Assembly: GCA_964247055.1 (NCBI GenBank)
Contig: OZ176051.1
Span: 12,958,001 to 13,022,000, forward strand
Length of the DNA: 64,000 nucleotides
Source: Paragordius varius
Lineage: Eukaryota > Animalia > Nematomorpha
Direction of reading: 5' to 3'
Within the stretch, counting starts at the first letter, position 1, and each line of letters starts with the position of its first letter. The notes beneath the pieces are model-generated. The model was not told the origin of the DNA, did not search any database, and saw only the letters and a list, made by a program, of their open reading frames with translations. The position numbers were made by a program, and so were the translations under genes. Below, one piece after another: positions 24,955 through 38,799 of the stretch.

Positions 24955-25723
24955 TATTACTTTAAACATTTCATTGTTTTTTCCCTTAAATTACTGTTTT
25001 GTCAATTGACCTACTCCAACTATAATGTGAATAAGTCAGCATTTGAATGCATATGGACAAAAAATTATAATTTTTAATTTTCATTTTTGGGCTAGTGAAA
25101 CATCCAGTAAATATTGAAATTATACAGAAATAAAGAAAATATTTTTCCTTAAATGAGAACCATATTTTGTTAAGCCTTTTTTTATAACACACACATTTGT
25201 GTTGCATAGTAATAGATACGAATAAGCTTATTTAGCTTTTGTCTGTCTAATTTGAATTTTTACTGTACCAGCTTTTAATATGGCAAAATTTGGGGTCATA
25301 ATCATAATACAAATTAATAAAACGTTGGGGTATCTTTGAAAGTTTTTATATATAATTACAAAAAGCTTTTGTTTCAATAAGCTAATTCAAAGCATAATCA
25401 GAGTGAAATAATACCAATGTAAAAATTTGTTTATTTATTCCATGAATATTTTAAAAAGTAATTAAGGTAAGCCAACCTTTTAAGCTTATTTATACAAAAG
25501 AAATAAAAATTTAAATTCCTTATTCTTTAAATACTTTTAAATCGCTAATTCAACAGGTTATAAATGTATATTATGGTAGATGTTTTAGATTAAATTTTCA
25601 CAATACTTTATTCATGTCAAGATAAATAAAAGGTCCATACTTACTTTCAATACAAAGGTTGTGAATGCATGCAATGTTCAAATATACAAACATCATAAAT
25701 AATTTTGCGACCATTTATTTTTA

Positions 25724-25910
25724 CAGTATGAGTAAGTTTATATTGCTAGAAAGTTCTTAATTATTACCAAATAGCATATGAAGAGAATTATTATTTGCTA
25801 ATAATGTTAAAAAGTGCAAAAAATACTATAAGCCAATAATACTGGCCTTTGTTATATATGATATTAAGCAATGATTAGTACATTTTAGCAATGTATACTT
25901 ACTCATACTG
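25724..25910. mobile_element. Hairpin MITE family B, copy 2
   Basis: TA|CAGTATGAGTAAG ... CTTACTCATACTG; 187 bp. Confidence 0.8.
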
Positions 25911-27933
25911 CAAAGCTTATGGATATGCTAATGTATTTTTATTCGAGTTATTTAAATAAATTTATAATTCCATGTTTGATAATTTGAAAGTAAATAAATT
26001 ATTTAGTTATGTAAGGATAATTGGTTTCCATATAAAGTTATTTTACGATTTGAGATGAGCTAATAAATGTGTTTTGCTTCAACGATAAGACTTTTTGTGT
26101 CATCAACAAAAAAACGATTATGTAAATTTTAAATTTTTTTTTCACCAAGAGTGAAACTTTGCTAACTTTAGTTTACAAAAATAGTTTATCATTTTTTTCG
26201 ATGATATATTACTCAAAGATACATATATTTATAAATTCCAAATAATATATAATATAATGGAATATGTGAGAAAATGATTGATTTTAATTCATATATATAT
26301 AGATGCACAATACAAATATGGATCTTTGAGACTTTATTTCAAACATATCAAAAGAATGACTTCCTTTTATAGAGCATACAGACAAAAAAATCTTATTTTT
26401 TAGCTCAGATTTATTTTTTTACCTAAAATGTATCAGTATAATCCCTAATCAATATTATATCTTTTCTTAAATGATACTGCAAAATATATATATAGTAACT
26501 TTTAATATTTTTAAACAAATCAATTTTCTCTTTTTTTCAACACTTTTATCAATCTATCGATTGCCATTCAAAACACGATGGTAAAGTTTAAGAGGATGGT
26601 TTTACAAACTTTGCTTGTAGGGATAAGAAATTTATAGGAATAAGCAAATTGAGTAATGATGTTAATTAATTGATTGGATATTAATATTTATACTGATAAT
26701 TTTTTTATACAAGTTTAGTTTGGAATATATTAAACCCCTAATTATCTTTTAATTAATATATATATTTATTTTAAATAAAGCTGTATCATGTCTATGACTA
26801 CATCTGTAATAATAAATGTTTAACTAATAAAAAGTTTTTAGATGTATAAGTCAATCCCTTTTTAATTAAAAATATTTATCGGCTATGATGAAGGCGACTG
26901 CCTCTCTCTATAAAATATGAAACAATTTAAATTTTGAAAAAAATCTATAATCTTTAACTAAGATTTTATAGAAACCCTAACTATATGATTTTAGGCTATT
27001 TATATATTGAACATATCTCCTAAAATATAATATCTATTTTATCATTATTTTTTGAATTATCCTTAATTATCCTTAGTTTTTACTTTTTGCCCGATTTCTC
27101 TTTATATTTCAAAAACTAGTTCGTCAACAAATTAAAATTCTTGTTGAAAAAAATTAACCCTTTTTTTGACACAGTATATATATATATATATATATGACAT
27201 CTAATATTTGCACACCTTTACAACAAACACTCAGAAGCGCGGAGATGTCAGAATGATATATAAAACACAATAAATATTTTGTAAAAAATATTATTTATTA
27301 TTTCAAAAAAATATTTATGAAAATAATATTAAAAAAATTAAACTAAACATTTTGATTTTTTTAAAAAAGTTGTATTTATAAAATAATATACTTTTTACCT
27401 TTATCATTATTATAGAATGGTGATGATGAACATTTTATGAATTATTAATAATTTTATTTTGATTTGTAATTTGTTATCGGATCTTTATAAAGCCTATTGG
27501 CAATTAGGAATTCCCCTTATATAATATTGTATTAATCTATCTAAAAAAAATTTTCATAATTTTATAATTATAAATTTATAATTTTCAAAACAAGGGGACT
27601 TTCTCTAACATTTTTTTTTGTTTTATTTTCCTACTATTGACCAAATAAATAAGTGATCAATATTTTAATAAAAGTATAATAAAAATAAAAATCATTATAT
27701 AAATATTATTATGCAAAAAATATATAAAAAATTACGTGTTTTTAGCCAAAACAATTTAATTTATTATATATATTTAATAAAATGATTAAATTTTTTTATT
27801 ATTTATCTTCTGAAGGTAAAAACCAATTTTGGTTAAAAGATCATTTGCATTTTTCTGAAAAATGGAATTACCAATAATATAGTTACATATCCATTAATCT
27901 TAATTTATTTAGATTAATATTATAACTAAATTA

Positions 27934-28126
27934 GAGTGTGAGTAAGTATACATTGCTAGAAAGTTATTAATTACTCCCAAATAGTAAATACAACAAAGGG
28001 CAGTATTGTTGGCTGATAGCTATTTTTTTCCCTTTTTACTATTATAAGCCAATAATACTGCCCTGTGTTATATTTACTATTTGGCAATAATTAATAAATT
28101 CTAACAATGTATACTTACTCAGACTA
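27934..28126. mobile_element. Hairpin MITE family B, copy 3
   Basis: GAGTGTGAGTAAGTATACATTGCTAGAAAG ... CAATGTATACTTACTCAGACTA; abuts a family C copy through a TATA junction. Confidence 0.8.
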
Positions 28127-28130
28127 TATA

Positions 28131-28307
28131 CAGTATGCATTTTGGTGTTTATTTCACACTATAGTAGGGCAATTCGCAACACAACAGTAGTAGTGTATGG
28201 AAAAAACAACAAAAGCTGAATAAACAATGATTTCCTTTCTTTTTTCCATATACGCCTGTGTTGCGAATCGCCCAACTAGAAATAAGCAGCCATTAAATTG
28301 CATACTG
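28131..28307. mobile_element. Hairpin MITE family C, copy 2
   Basis: TA|CAGTATGCA ... TGCATACTG|TA, with inner arms GGGCAATTCGCAACAC / GTGTTGCGAATCGCCC. Confidence 0.8.
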
Positions 28308-31300
28308 TATTATTTATATGAGAGTGAGAGAGAGAATGGGCTTTTTATTTTTTTATTCTAAAATCTACAATAGTGGTCATTTTAGATTTAGGCTGTTCAA
28401 GTATAAATAATATAAAAATAAAATATAATTACGAATTGTAGGGTAAAAACATTTTATATCTACCTGTTATATTGATAATTGAATAATAATTTAGGTATCT
28501 TTATAGGCTATATTTATAACTATGAGTTATTGTGAAAAAAATTAAATTATGATTTCCTATTATAATTAAGGGTTTTTATACGACATTTTAATAATTACAA
28601 AATATTCTTTGAAATGGATTATAGAATAATATCACATTTTCATGGAAAAAATTGCAATCACAGAATCACTCAAGAGTATTAAACAAATAAAAAAATTGAT
28701 GAAAAATCAAAGTGCTTTTCTATAAAAGTTTAAGTTTGGTTGGTGTTATATAAATGAAGTATATCACTTATATAAATTGTATTTAAAAAAATTTCAAGTG
28801 TCAAAATCAACATGATTTGACAAATAGCTGAGCTAAAAAATGGTTTACGCATAAAATTAACGATCTAGCATATATTATTATTATTTAGGCGTATTAGGAA
28901 TAATTATCTCCTAGATATATATATAAATATAATATATACAATGATACTTTCTCAAAACACTTGAAAAAAATTAAGTGTAAGATGATTTAAAAACACTTCT
29001 CTCCATTTGCTTTTTTCGTTAAATTTGTTCTTGTAACAAATCTCTAGGGATTACTCATTCTGTGATTAAATTAATGATAACACTGCTCAACAAGGTTTTG
29101 CACCACCCCATTATTTTTGCATTTTCTGATACCTAATGGCTTGGAAAGGCCAAAACAAAAAAGAAAATTGAGGCCACCAATAAGATTTTTCCGAAATTTA
29201 ATTTTAAAATTTGTATTTAATTTAAAAATAACATTCATTCCTCGTGTACATATGTTTAAATATTCAAACGAACAAGTCGCTACAAGTAATATTCCATGCA
29301 TGAATAACAAAATTCTAGGCATTAAATAAGATACTAAACAAGCTAAGAGCCAAAGTATTAAAAATCTAAAAGGGGCTTATGTATAGTGTGATAGATCCGG
29401 GCGGCTGCACAAGCTCTGCCTATCCCCCAAGCGATCCAATTATGCCAGATATGGCAAAGATAACAATAAGTAATCGTAAAGCCCGATAAAGAGACTTGCA
29501 AGCAAAATCCAGGCAAATTGACATGTCAAATTAACCAATTCACAGAATAAAGTTAGATAAATTCTACAATTAAATTGAATAAAAAGATTAGATAAATACA
29601 AATGGTCCAATCCAATAATAGTAAATTCTACTAAAAGTGGCTACACAACATCCATCTGAAATTAAAAATACAAAACAACCAATAATTTTAAAAAATAAAG
29701 TATATTCACTAGGTATAAATAAAAAATTTTTTGTAAGAACCAACTCAAGGAAAAAAGCCTAATAAGTACTCGAAAGAACGAAAACTAACAAAAAAAATAT
29801 AGCCTATCTGAAAGCCGAAGGTTTAAACCATAGAATGCCTTTTTTAGTATTTTTTAAAAAATTTTTTATACGTATTAAAAATTCACTTGAAAGAAAAAGA
29901 CTAAATTTTGACGTTTAAGTCCGTACTATTTTTTTCTCTCTGATATTTAAATGACATATTTTTACTCAAAAGATAGAGTTTAAAACGCTTTATTAAATGA
30001 TATTAAGTTTATAATATAATAACATTTTATTATAAAGTTATATTTAATTTTCTCTCGATTTTCTCTTGTTTTTGAAAAATTGAAAAACCTATAATATTTC
30101 AAAATTCTGATTGGGAGGATCAAAAATTTTTCCACATTCGGTTTTAAAACACTGAAATAAGTCATAATTTAAAAGTTTGAGTGGTGGTGCTCAAAAATGT
30201 CCAAATTTGTCGACTAGTGTAATTAAAAGCGCAATTCCTAATATCATCATCCGAGAATTTAAACATATAAAAAAAGAGTTGTGATAATTTTAAGAAAATT
30301 AAAATGTATCATTACTTATTATCATCAATTCTTAGAATACAAGGTTAAATTATATTAACAAATACGAATAAAAATGTGATAATAAATAATTTTTTGCTCA
30401 AGATGGATAGTCAAATGTTTAAAATTTTAATGTCGAGTTTTCAGCTGGGTGTTATAGGTTTTGTTTAAAAAATCAATTAATAGATTAATGGCCTTTTTTA
30501 ACACTTCTTAACGTTTTCACTTTTGTCCGCGATGACATATTGGGGTATTTTATATTTCATGTTAATAAACTACTGCTTTTAAAGTTACTAGTTATTATAG
30601 TAATATAACATTGTAGATATAAAAGTTATTTTGCTTTTTCGCAACTTATAGAGTCATTTGGACAGCTCCAAACGATAGAAATAAACAGCTGATTTTAAAA
30701 ACTATAAATATCAAGTTTTGTAATGCAACCTGAAAAGTAAAACTAAAGTTATTATTTACATTTCTTGACCATAACATATATTTATTTTATTTGCCTATTA
30801 TAGCGATTTGAAAAAAAATAAAGAAAAAAATGGCGGCAAAAACGTTTGAGATGAATATTTTTTATATAAAGAAAGAATATTTTCGGAAAATCCTAAGTAC
30901 TTTAAAAGATATTCTAATTTCAAATCGCCCAGGAATATAAAACTATCCAAAATCATGCAGTGTTAACATAAATTTATTAAGCTTGCGACATGATAATATC
31001 TAAATTTATGTTTTAATTGACGGGTATATAGGATAAAATGACAAATAAAACCCAAGAATTCCATTTTATTTAAAAATAAAGGGCTTATCAAATGTATTTA
31101 GGCATCATTGATGAAAAAATTGTAAAAATAAACAATCATACATGTACACTAGGGCTTCGAACGGGACACCCCGTTCTAGTTCCACTACTTCCTTACGTGC
31201 CACCTCAGTTCCGGCTCCGAAATTTCAGGAACTACACCGGTTTTATTTTCAAAATTTTAGAAACTGCCTTCTGGTTTCAGTTTCGATTCCATTAGGTTCT

Positions 31301-31530
31301 TAAAAATAAAGTTTATTGTTTGAATTATTATATAATTGATTGTATGATAAATTTTTTTCATTTTTCAACGATAATACATCATAATTATAAAATTTGTTGT
31401 TAAAAAAATTGATCGTGTGATACACTTTTTTCTTGTATCCGATTGAAACGGAATTATTATATTGATAATTTTATTTGTACCTTTAACACTTGAAGATAAC
31501 TGCAAAAACAATTATTTACGTAGTTTCTCA

Positions 31531-31850
31531 CTTGTTGTTGTTGCTTAGGTCGATTCCGACTAACTGCACATCGAAAATAAATCTTCTCCATTCATTGCGA
31601 ATACCGGATCTGGTGTTTAGTTTGGATAGTAATTGGTTGGTTTCTTTGATGATGTTTTCAATTAACGTCGTCTTCTTCCTCTTTTACGAGCACCACTCAC
31701 TTTTCCCAACATCAGTCACTTTTCAAGTGAGTTAAATCTCATAATATGGCCGAAAAAGGATAGTTTTTGCCGTATTAGGCTGACTAGTAATGACATTTCC
31801 GGATTAATTTTATTTAAAATAGTGGCATTAGGAATTTTGTCTGTCCTTTA
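31531..31850 (-). pseudogene. 3' remnant of an RTE-clade non-LTR retrotransposon
   Basis: Reverse complement of the 32590-32903 copy; ends in a (CAA)n tail. Decayed translation of ..SLEK.LMLGKVSGARKRGRRR. Confidence 0.7.
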
Positions 31851-32519
31851 TTTGGCAAATACTTCAGAAATAAAACGAAGAATTGCCATCGCAAAAGCAG
31901 TTACATTCAAATATAACAAGATTTGGACGTTACATACATATTAATAACCAAAATTAGATTAATCACAACAGCTTTCCCCGATTCCTGCGAAGCTGGACAC
32001 TGAAATATGACGAGCGACTAATAAATTCTTCCTCACTTACTAATTGATAAATCTGGTAAAAACCATAAATTATAGCGTTTAAAATCACTTACGCATAACG
32101 GAAATGGATGAGCCTCACTATATATCAGTGGTACTTAAACCGCGGCCTACGGGCTGCATAAGGCCCTATTATTTTTTCTGTCCATAGTTTTTGCAAAATG
32201 AATTTTTATCGTGTAAGGTTGCATAGCGGTACATGTTGCGACTTAAACATTGTAAGAAAGATTTTCAGATTTGATAAGTAATTAATATACAAACCTTCAA
32301 TGAAAATCATATGAAAGTCAGGAACGAAAATGGAGCCGAAAATGTAAAAAACCGGTGTACGAACCGCTAAATGTTTAGGAACCACCTGTTTTGGTTCCCG
32401 AACCGGAAGCTTTGATAAGAACAGTTTCGTATCCTGTGAAATAATAGCACTTTGATCCAGATAAACTGTTAATTACATCATAAATAATACTAAGATTTGT
32501 TGTCAAAAATTATAGCATC

Positions 32520-32903
32520 GTAAGGATCTGAAAAAATATGACGAACGACTAAAAAAATTCTTTCGAATTATAGGTTCGGAGGGAACTTCTGCAAAATAAT
32601 GGACACACAAAAATTCTAACGCCACTATTTATAAAATTAATCAGGAAATGTCACTACTGGGCAGCCTAATACGACAAAAATCCTTTTTTGGACACATTAT
32701 GAGATCTAACTCACTTGAAAAGCCACTGATTCTGGGAAAAATGAATGGTGCTCTTAAAAGAGAAAGAAGACGAAGTTAATAGAAAACATCCTTAATGAAA
32801 CACCAATCACTATCCAAACGAAACGCCAGATCCGGTATTCGCAATGAATAAAGATGTTGTATTTTCAATGTTGCACGGAATCCACCTTAGCAACAACAAC
32901 AAG
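32520..32903 (+). pseudogene. 3' remnant of an RTE-clade non-LTR retrotransposon
   Basis: Frameshifted translation YDERL...WT.KISNATIL*KINQEMSLLGSLIRQKSFFGHIMRSNSLEKPLILGKMNG resembles the RTE/BovB ORF C-terminus (FFGHIMR...LEK..LLGK). Ends CAACAACAACAAG. A further fragment (CE.WTLK.DER) lies at ~31982-32030. Confidence 0.75.
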
Positions 32904-32946
32904 GATTTTTTTTCTTTTACAGTCGTCACATATATATATATATATA

Positions 32947-34132
32947 TACTGTGTGCAAAAAAGAGGGTTAATTTTTTTAAAACTTTTTTTTCATGAGATA
33001 GCTTATGACCAGCGAATTCATTTGCAAAAAAATTATTATTAGTTGATAACCGCGTTTTTAAAATATTGAGAGAAAATTGAAATCGGCCAAAAAGTGAAAA
33101 TTAAGGATAATTAGGGATAATTCAAAAAATAATGATAAAATTTGAAATATTATGGTTTATTATCATTTTAGGAGATGTTTTCAATATATAAATAGCGTAA
33201 AATCATATAGTTAGGGTTTCTATAAAATTTCAGCTCCAAAGATGGCGTTACATCACTTAAAAGACAAAAAATTTAATGAAACTTAAAATAATTTTTTTTA
33301 AATTATTTACTAACTAAACTATTAAAATCTTAGCGTAGAATTTTATTCAGTAAAAAAAACTTATATATCAAAATAAAACCAAAAATATTGTATTTTATTT
33401 TTTTTTTGTCGTATGGTTTATGAATGTAATAAAAATTTATACTGTTTTTTTTGGACATGAGTGGGTATTATTAAGTATATAATTTATGCTATTTAAAAGT
33501 AGTGGAATATCAACCAAAATCCTTACAAATCCCAATAGAAATATTAATTTGTCTTAAAACAAACTTTTTCAGTGATTTATAAGGATTATTGGTTGATTAC
33601 TTTTTAATCCTATTTTGCATAAATTATATTCTTAAAAATTACTACTCATGTAACCCTATAAATTTTTTATACACTCATAAACCAGATGACAAAAAAATGC
33701 AAAAATAAAAAACAATATTTTTGGTTTTATTTTGATATATAAGTTTTTTTACTGAATAAATGAATGTTAAGATTTTAATAGTGAGTTTAGCTAGTAAATA
33801 ATTAGAAAAATTATTTCATTAAATTTTTTTGTTTTTTAAGTGTGATAAGGAAAAACGGCATCTTTTAAGCTGCAATTTTATAGAGACCCTAACTATATGA
33901 TTTTAGGCTATTTATCTATTGAAAATATATCCTAAAATGATAATAAACCATAATATTTCAAATTTTATGATTTTTGAATTATTCCTAATTATCCTTAATT
34001 TTCACTTTTTGCCCGATTTCAATTTTATTTCAAGATTTCAAAAAATAGGTTGTCAATAAATAAAAATTTTTGCGGCAATCGAATACGCTAGTCATGAGCT
34101 ATCTCATGAAAAAAAATTTTTTGCACACAGTG
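32947..34132. mobile_element. ~1.19-kb TA-flanked element with ~250-bp inverted arms (family H)
   Basis: (C/T)ACTGTGTGCAAAAAA at the left and TTTTTTGCACACAGTG|TA at the right. Arms are 32947-33235 and 33878-34132. Both ends lie in TA runs; a solo arm is at ~26950-27176. Confidence 0.7.
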
Positions 34133-34427
34133 TATATATATTTTATTAAAAATAAAGTTAAGGATTTTTTATTTTGATTTATAAATGATTCTGTATAAAC
34201 AAGCATTTAATATTTTAAAACTGCAATCCCTTTGCTTCATTTTAAAAACAATTACATTTTGGGGTAGTTTACTTGCCCATAGCTTAAATTATACTACTAT
34301 TTTCACTATTGTTTTGGTTAATTAAAATACTTCGCATGTTTTAGCATATTTTAAAGGGTTCTGCGGAGTCCGAATTAGAGTCGCTGCAAAACTCGATTAA
34401 AATAAACAGCTTAAAATAAATAACTAA

Positions 34428-34965
34428 CATTTTGATTCAAATAAGGGTATCTAAATACACTAGACTTATTAATAAAATTTTTAAAAATCTACTAAATAAA
34501 ACGGTCCTAATATAAATTTATGCTTTTATCCTAATAAATATCATAAAAATAAGCCCAAATATCTAAATAAAATTTGTTTTTCATATCAAACTGCTTCGAC
34601 GCCATTTTTATTTTACAACTTTTTGAAAAATCGTGTTTTTTATTTTAAAGCTAATATGAAAGCTAATTTATTATTTCAATCACATCTAACATTGATAAAA
34701 AAATGGTTTATTTTGTATTATTTTTAATTTAGCTAATGCACAAATGTCATGTTAACTTTTACCTTGAGGTTTTACCTAAAAATATCGAATATTTTTGAAT
34801 GAAATTTTTATATATTTCGGTTCACTAATGTTAAAATTGTGCAAATCTTTGCCATGATTTCAATTAATTCAATATTTTTTGAATTTTTTAATTTTAAACA
34901 GGCCTGGGGCATCCAACCACCCCAATTTGAATCGAAGGACTAAATGAATGTGTTGTATCCAAGTG
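34428..34965. mobile_element. piggyBac-like element family P, copy 6
   Basis: CTAA|CATTTTGATTCAAATAAGGGTATCTAAATAC ... GTATCCAAGTG|TTAA. Confidence 0.8.
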
Positions 34966-36952
34966 TTAATTGCTCTTTTAACATTGGATTTAAAATTAAT
35001 TATTTACATTTTTTAACCATATACATTTATGAGCCTGTTGTATCAGCAATGAATAAAAAGATAAAATGGCGGCGAAAAGTTGGTGATCATATTTTACAAT
35101 TCCAATTTATTAATTTTCTTATCATGCGTTGGGTTTAATAATTCATTTTTTAAATTTGGCCGTTATAAAATTTAAACTAACAGAAAACCATATAATAAAT
35201 GTTGTTTAGATTTAAAAATAGTTTCCCACACGAAACTAAAACCAAACCAAGTCCAAGAAAATAAAAATTTGCCAAATTTTAAGCGCTATATATGTATATT
35301 TCAATATATAATTTAATTAAAAATCATCCGACCTTTTAGTTACCAATAATTTTTTTTTATAAAAATGACAGAAAATGGTGGCAATTATTTTTAAAATCAT
35401 TATTATATTTTTGGTTGCTTTTTATTAGGAGCTATTTTAATTATCATAATCAATTGTTTATGGAATAGGTAAGTTTGCACAACACTTAGAAAACGGAGAA
35501 AAGTTAATTTTAGCAAAAATTTGGCTGAAGGAACAAAACATTTATATTTTCCGTAAAAATAAGTTTTTAAAATTTTTCATATTGTAATTTGATAATTTGC
35601 ATTTCGCTTCTAAAGCTAAACGTGTATATGTTTTTGGTGACTTTGAAAAAATTAATACCAGATATATTAAAATAAATTAAGTGAAATTATATGCTTATAA
35701 CTTCATGACATTTTGGGGTAGATTTTATTCTAGGGCCATTTTAAATTTAGCATTATGCCAAATTTAAAAAATGCTTTCTATAGCCTTTTAGGCGCATGAT
35801 ACATTTTTTTTAAATAAATGTAAAGTAAAAATATCCTTCAATCAAACATTTTTGCCATATTAATTTAATTCGCTAATACAACCTGCAAATATATGTATAT
35901 TATGGTTGAAAAATATAAATAATTTACTCAAGTAAGTCTCCAAAAAACAATTTACCAGAATATAGTTTTTAATTTATGAATCAAGTTTTTAATTTTGTTA
36001 AAATATTTTGTACTTTATAAAATATACTTAAAAGCTCATCGTTTTTCAGCCATAACCGGGAGTTTCGTTTTTATACAAATTTAATTAGTTAAGCCATGCT
36101 TTTTGTGGATTTCTCAATATAGGCTCGACAAACGTAACGATATTTGCGAATGCACCTTACTTAAATATAGAAAATTCGAAGCTTTCCCATTTTAGCCATT
36201 TTGATTAATATAGATTTGATTGAAATTTTTTTAAAGATAAGCGCTCAATATCGGGTTTTTAAGATTATTTTTTTATTCAACATAACTCCCAATTTTTTCA
36301 GGTTGTGATGGTTTTTTCAAAAATATCAAGATTAAATAATTTATACATGTTCATTTTATTTATTTATTTTATATATAATAAGTTACCTTTAAACGAATTT
36401 AACTTCCCAAAGGAATTAGATAATTTTTAGTATAAAATTGCTGCAATATAATTTACATTAATTACGAATTTATTGTTTTTTTGTAGTTTCATTTCCAACA
36501 AAAACGAGGCCTTCAAAGGATCTCTCAGATTTATAGACATTACTAAGTCGCAAATATATCTAATTGGATTATAGGATGTCTTCTTAAAATAGAGTAAAGA
36601 TCAAAGAAACTATAAACATGCTATGTTTTGCATAAAAATTTAATTAAAGCCTGACCTCTTTTAACATTATTGGAATTACATTTGTCTATATAATATATAA
36701 TAGGTTTTTGGGTTTTTTACTTTTTTCTTATCTATTTAAGATTAAAATGTTATATAGTAAACCAGAGTATACACGTATAATTTTTTTAAATCAATATTTT
36801 ATTTCTATATTAATTAATTTTTCAATATGTGACATACACTCTTTGTGAAACGTATAGGATTTATGTATAGCCCAATAATAATTTAATATATGTATTAGTT
36901 TAATTAATTTGATAAATTATTATTGTACATTACAATAGGAGAAATGGAAATA

Positions 36953-37127
36953 CAGTATGAGTAAGTATACATTGCTAGAAAGATATTAATTATTGCCATA
37001 TGGTAAATAGAACAAAAGGCAGTATTATTGGCTAATAAGTGAAAAAATAACTATAAGCCAATAATACTGCCCTTTGTTTACTATTTGGCAATAATTAATA
37101 ACTTTCTAGCAATGTATACTTATACTG
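36953..37127. mobile_element. Hairpin MITE family B, copy 4
   Basis: TA|CAGTATGAGTAAGTATACATTGCTAGAAAG ... CTTTCTAGCAATGTATACTTATACTG. Confidence 0.8.
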
Positions 37128-37569
37128 TTTATTTGTGAAATATTTTTCATCCAAAAAAACACTCAGATTTTATTCAATAAACATAGAAGCTTTTAACAAA
37201 CCTAACCGATTAGTAAAAATGCCTTAGCGACTGTGACTACCTTTTATTTACAGAACCATATGAAATATTTTGTTGGATTAATGTTAAATTAACGGTTAAA
37301 CATATAAACATTTTAATTTTTTAATATGTTCATCATAAATTTAAATTTTTTATAAAAAATTTTTTATCCGTTTAAATTTGTTATCATTAGTTATCTTAAA
37401 ATCTATATCAATTTTAAATTAAAAATATTTATTTTTCCGAATTTATATCATATGATTATACACTTTCTACTCCTGCCAACATTATCAAACCACAAATCGA
37501 TAGCTTATACGTTTACTCCAGAAAATTAAGGTAATATAATATTTTTTATACTAATTTTAGTTTAAATAT

Positions 37570-38370
37570 ATGAGTACAAAAAGAAGTTGTAAATCCAACG
37601 ATGAATTAATGAAAGAATTTCCTTTTATCAAAAAAACGAAGAATGTATCATTTGTTAAATGTTCTCTATGCGAAGGGGAATTCACCCTAGCACATGGCTG
37701 CAAGCATGATATTACAAAGCATATGGAAACACAGAAACATAAAAAAATGTTTGGATGTGGCGGCATCATCTTACAAAATAATCGATTTTTATCGAGAAAC
37801 CGCTTTTGGAGAGGAAGAAAAAAATTTGGCACTAGATCACAATCATTCCTTTAAATCTATCATTTGTACCTCACAGGTTATTTGTACCTTATTCAATAAA
37901 AAATTAACATGTGCCCGTACAAAGGCTGAAGCCATTGTATGCAACGTTCGCCACATGAATTTTTTGAAATACAAAAAGTGCTGAAAATTAATTTCATATC
38001 GCTATATTCTGATGCATCAAATCACAAGGAAACAATGAACTTAAATTATGGACAACAGAAAAAAATACAGTAGAAAAGAAAAGGTTAGAAATATTTCATC
38101 ATTTTGAAACAAACTATGTTCCATATAATAATATTTTAAAAATTCAACAACTTGCACTATCTTATCTGAAACCAACGCTGCTACTGAGCGCGTTTTTTCC
38201 ACAGTAAATCAGGTGTGGACATCGGAAAAATCAAATTTAAATATTGAAACTTCAAAGGCCATTTTATTTGTCAAAATTAATTTGACAAATTCTTGTGAAG
38301 ACTTCTAAAATATTTTAAAAAAATGATGACAATCTGCCAAAACGCATTCACTCAAATAAAAAATATACCA
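37570..38370 (+). pseudogene. Internally deleted, frameshifted hAT-superfamily transposase
   Basis: N-terminal BED-like zinc finger (KCSLCEGEFTLAHGCKHDITKHMETQKHKK), then HNHSFKS..CTS and CARTKAEAIVCNV, SLYSDASNHK, and a C-terminal dimerisation motif TNAATERVFSTVNQVWTSEKSNLNIETSKAILFVKIN. About 800 bp remain, with stops and frameshifts. Confidence 0.85.
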
Positions 38371-38543
38371 AGGAAAAAAATGTATTTGTGTTAAAAATAA
38401 ATAAATGTTACATAAATTTTTTGTATAAAAATTTTTGGTTGTACCCCCCCCCCCTTTCTCAGATTTGTCCCGCTTTTTCCTTCAAAAAATCTGCCCTACG
38501 TACCAAGGCTTAATTTAAGAAAGTTATTATAATGCATAATATA

Positions 38544-38799
38544 CCTTTTAACAGATTCACCCTTAAAAAATAATTCACCCTTGAATAATTAAAATTCACC
38601 CTAAAATAAATTATGTTTTTTAAGATCCAAATTACCCAATTTTTTTAAAAATTAATTTTTGTTTAAAATTAAAATAATAAAAGATAATTAATGCCATAAA
38701 GGTATATTTATTAATAATATATTACATTAGCCCGAAAAATCATAATTTATATTTAGGGTAAATTTAAATTGTTTAAGGGTGAATTTGAACTGTAAATGT
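38544..38799. mobile_element. MITE family D, copy 2
   Basis: ATTCACCCTT repeats on the left and GGGTGAATTTGAACTGTAAATG on the right. Confidence 0.7.
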
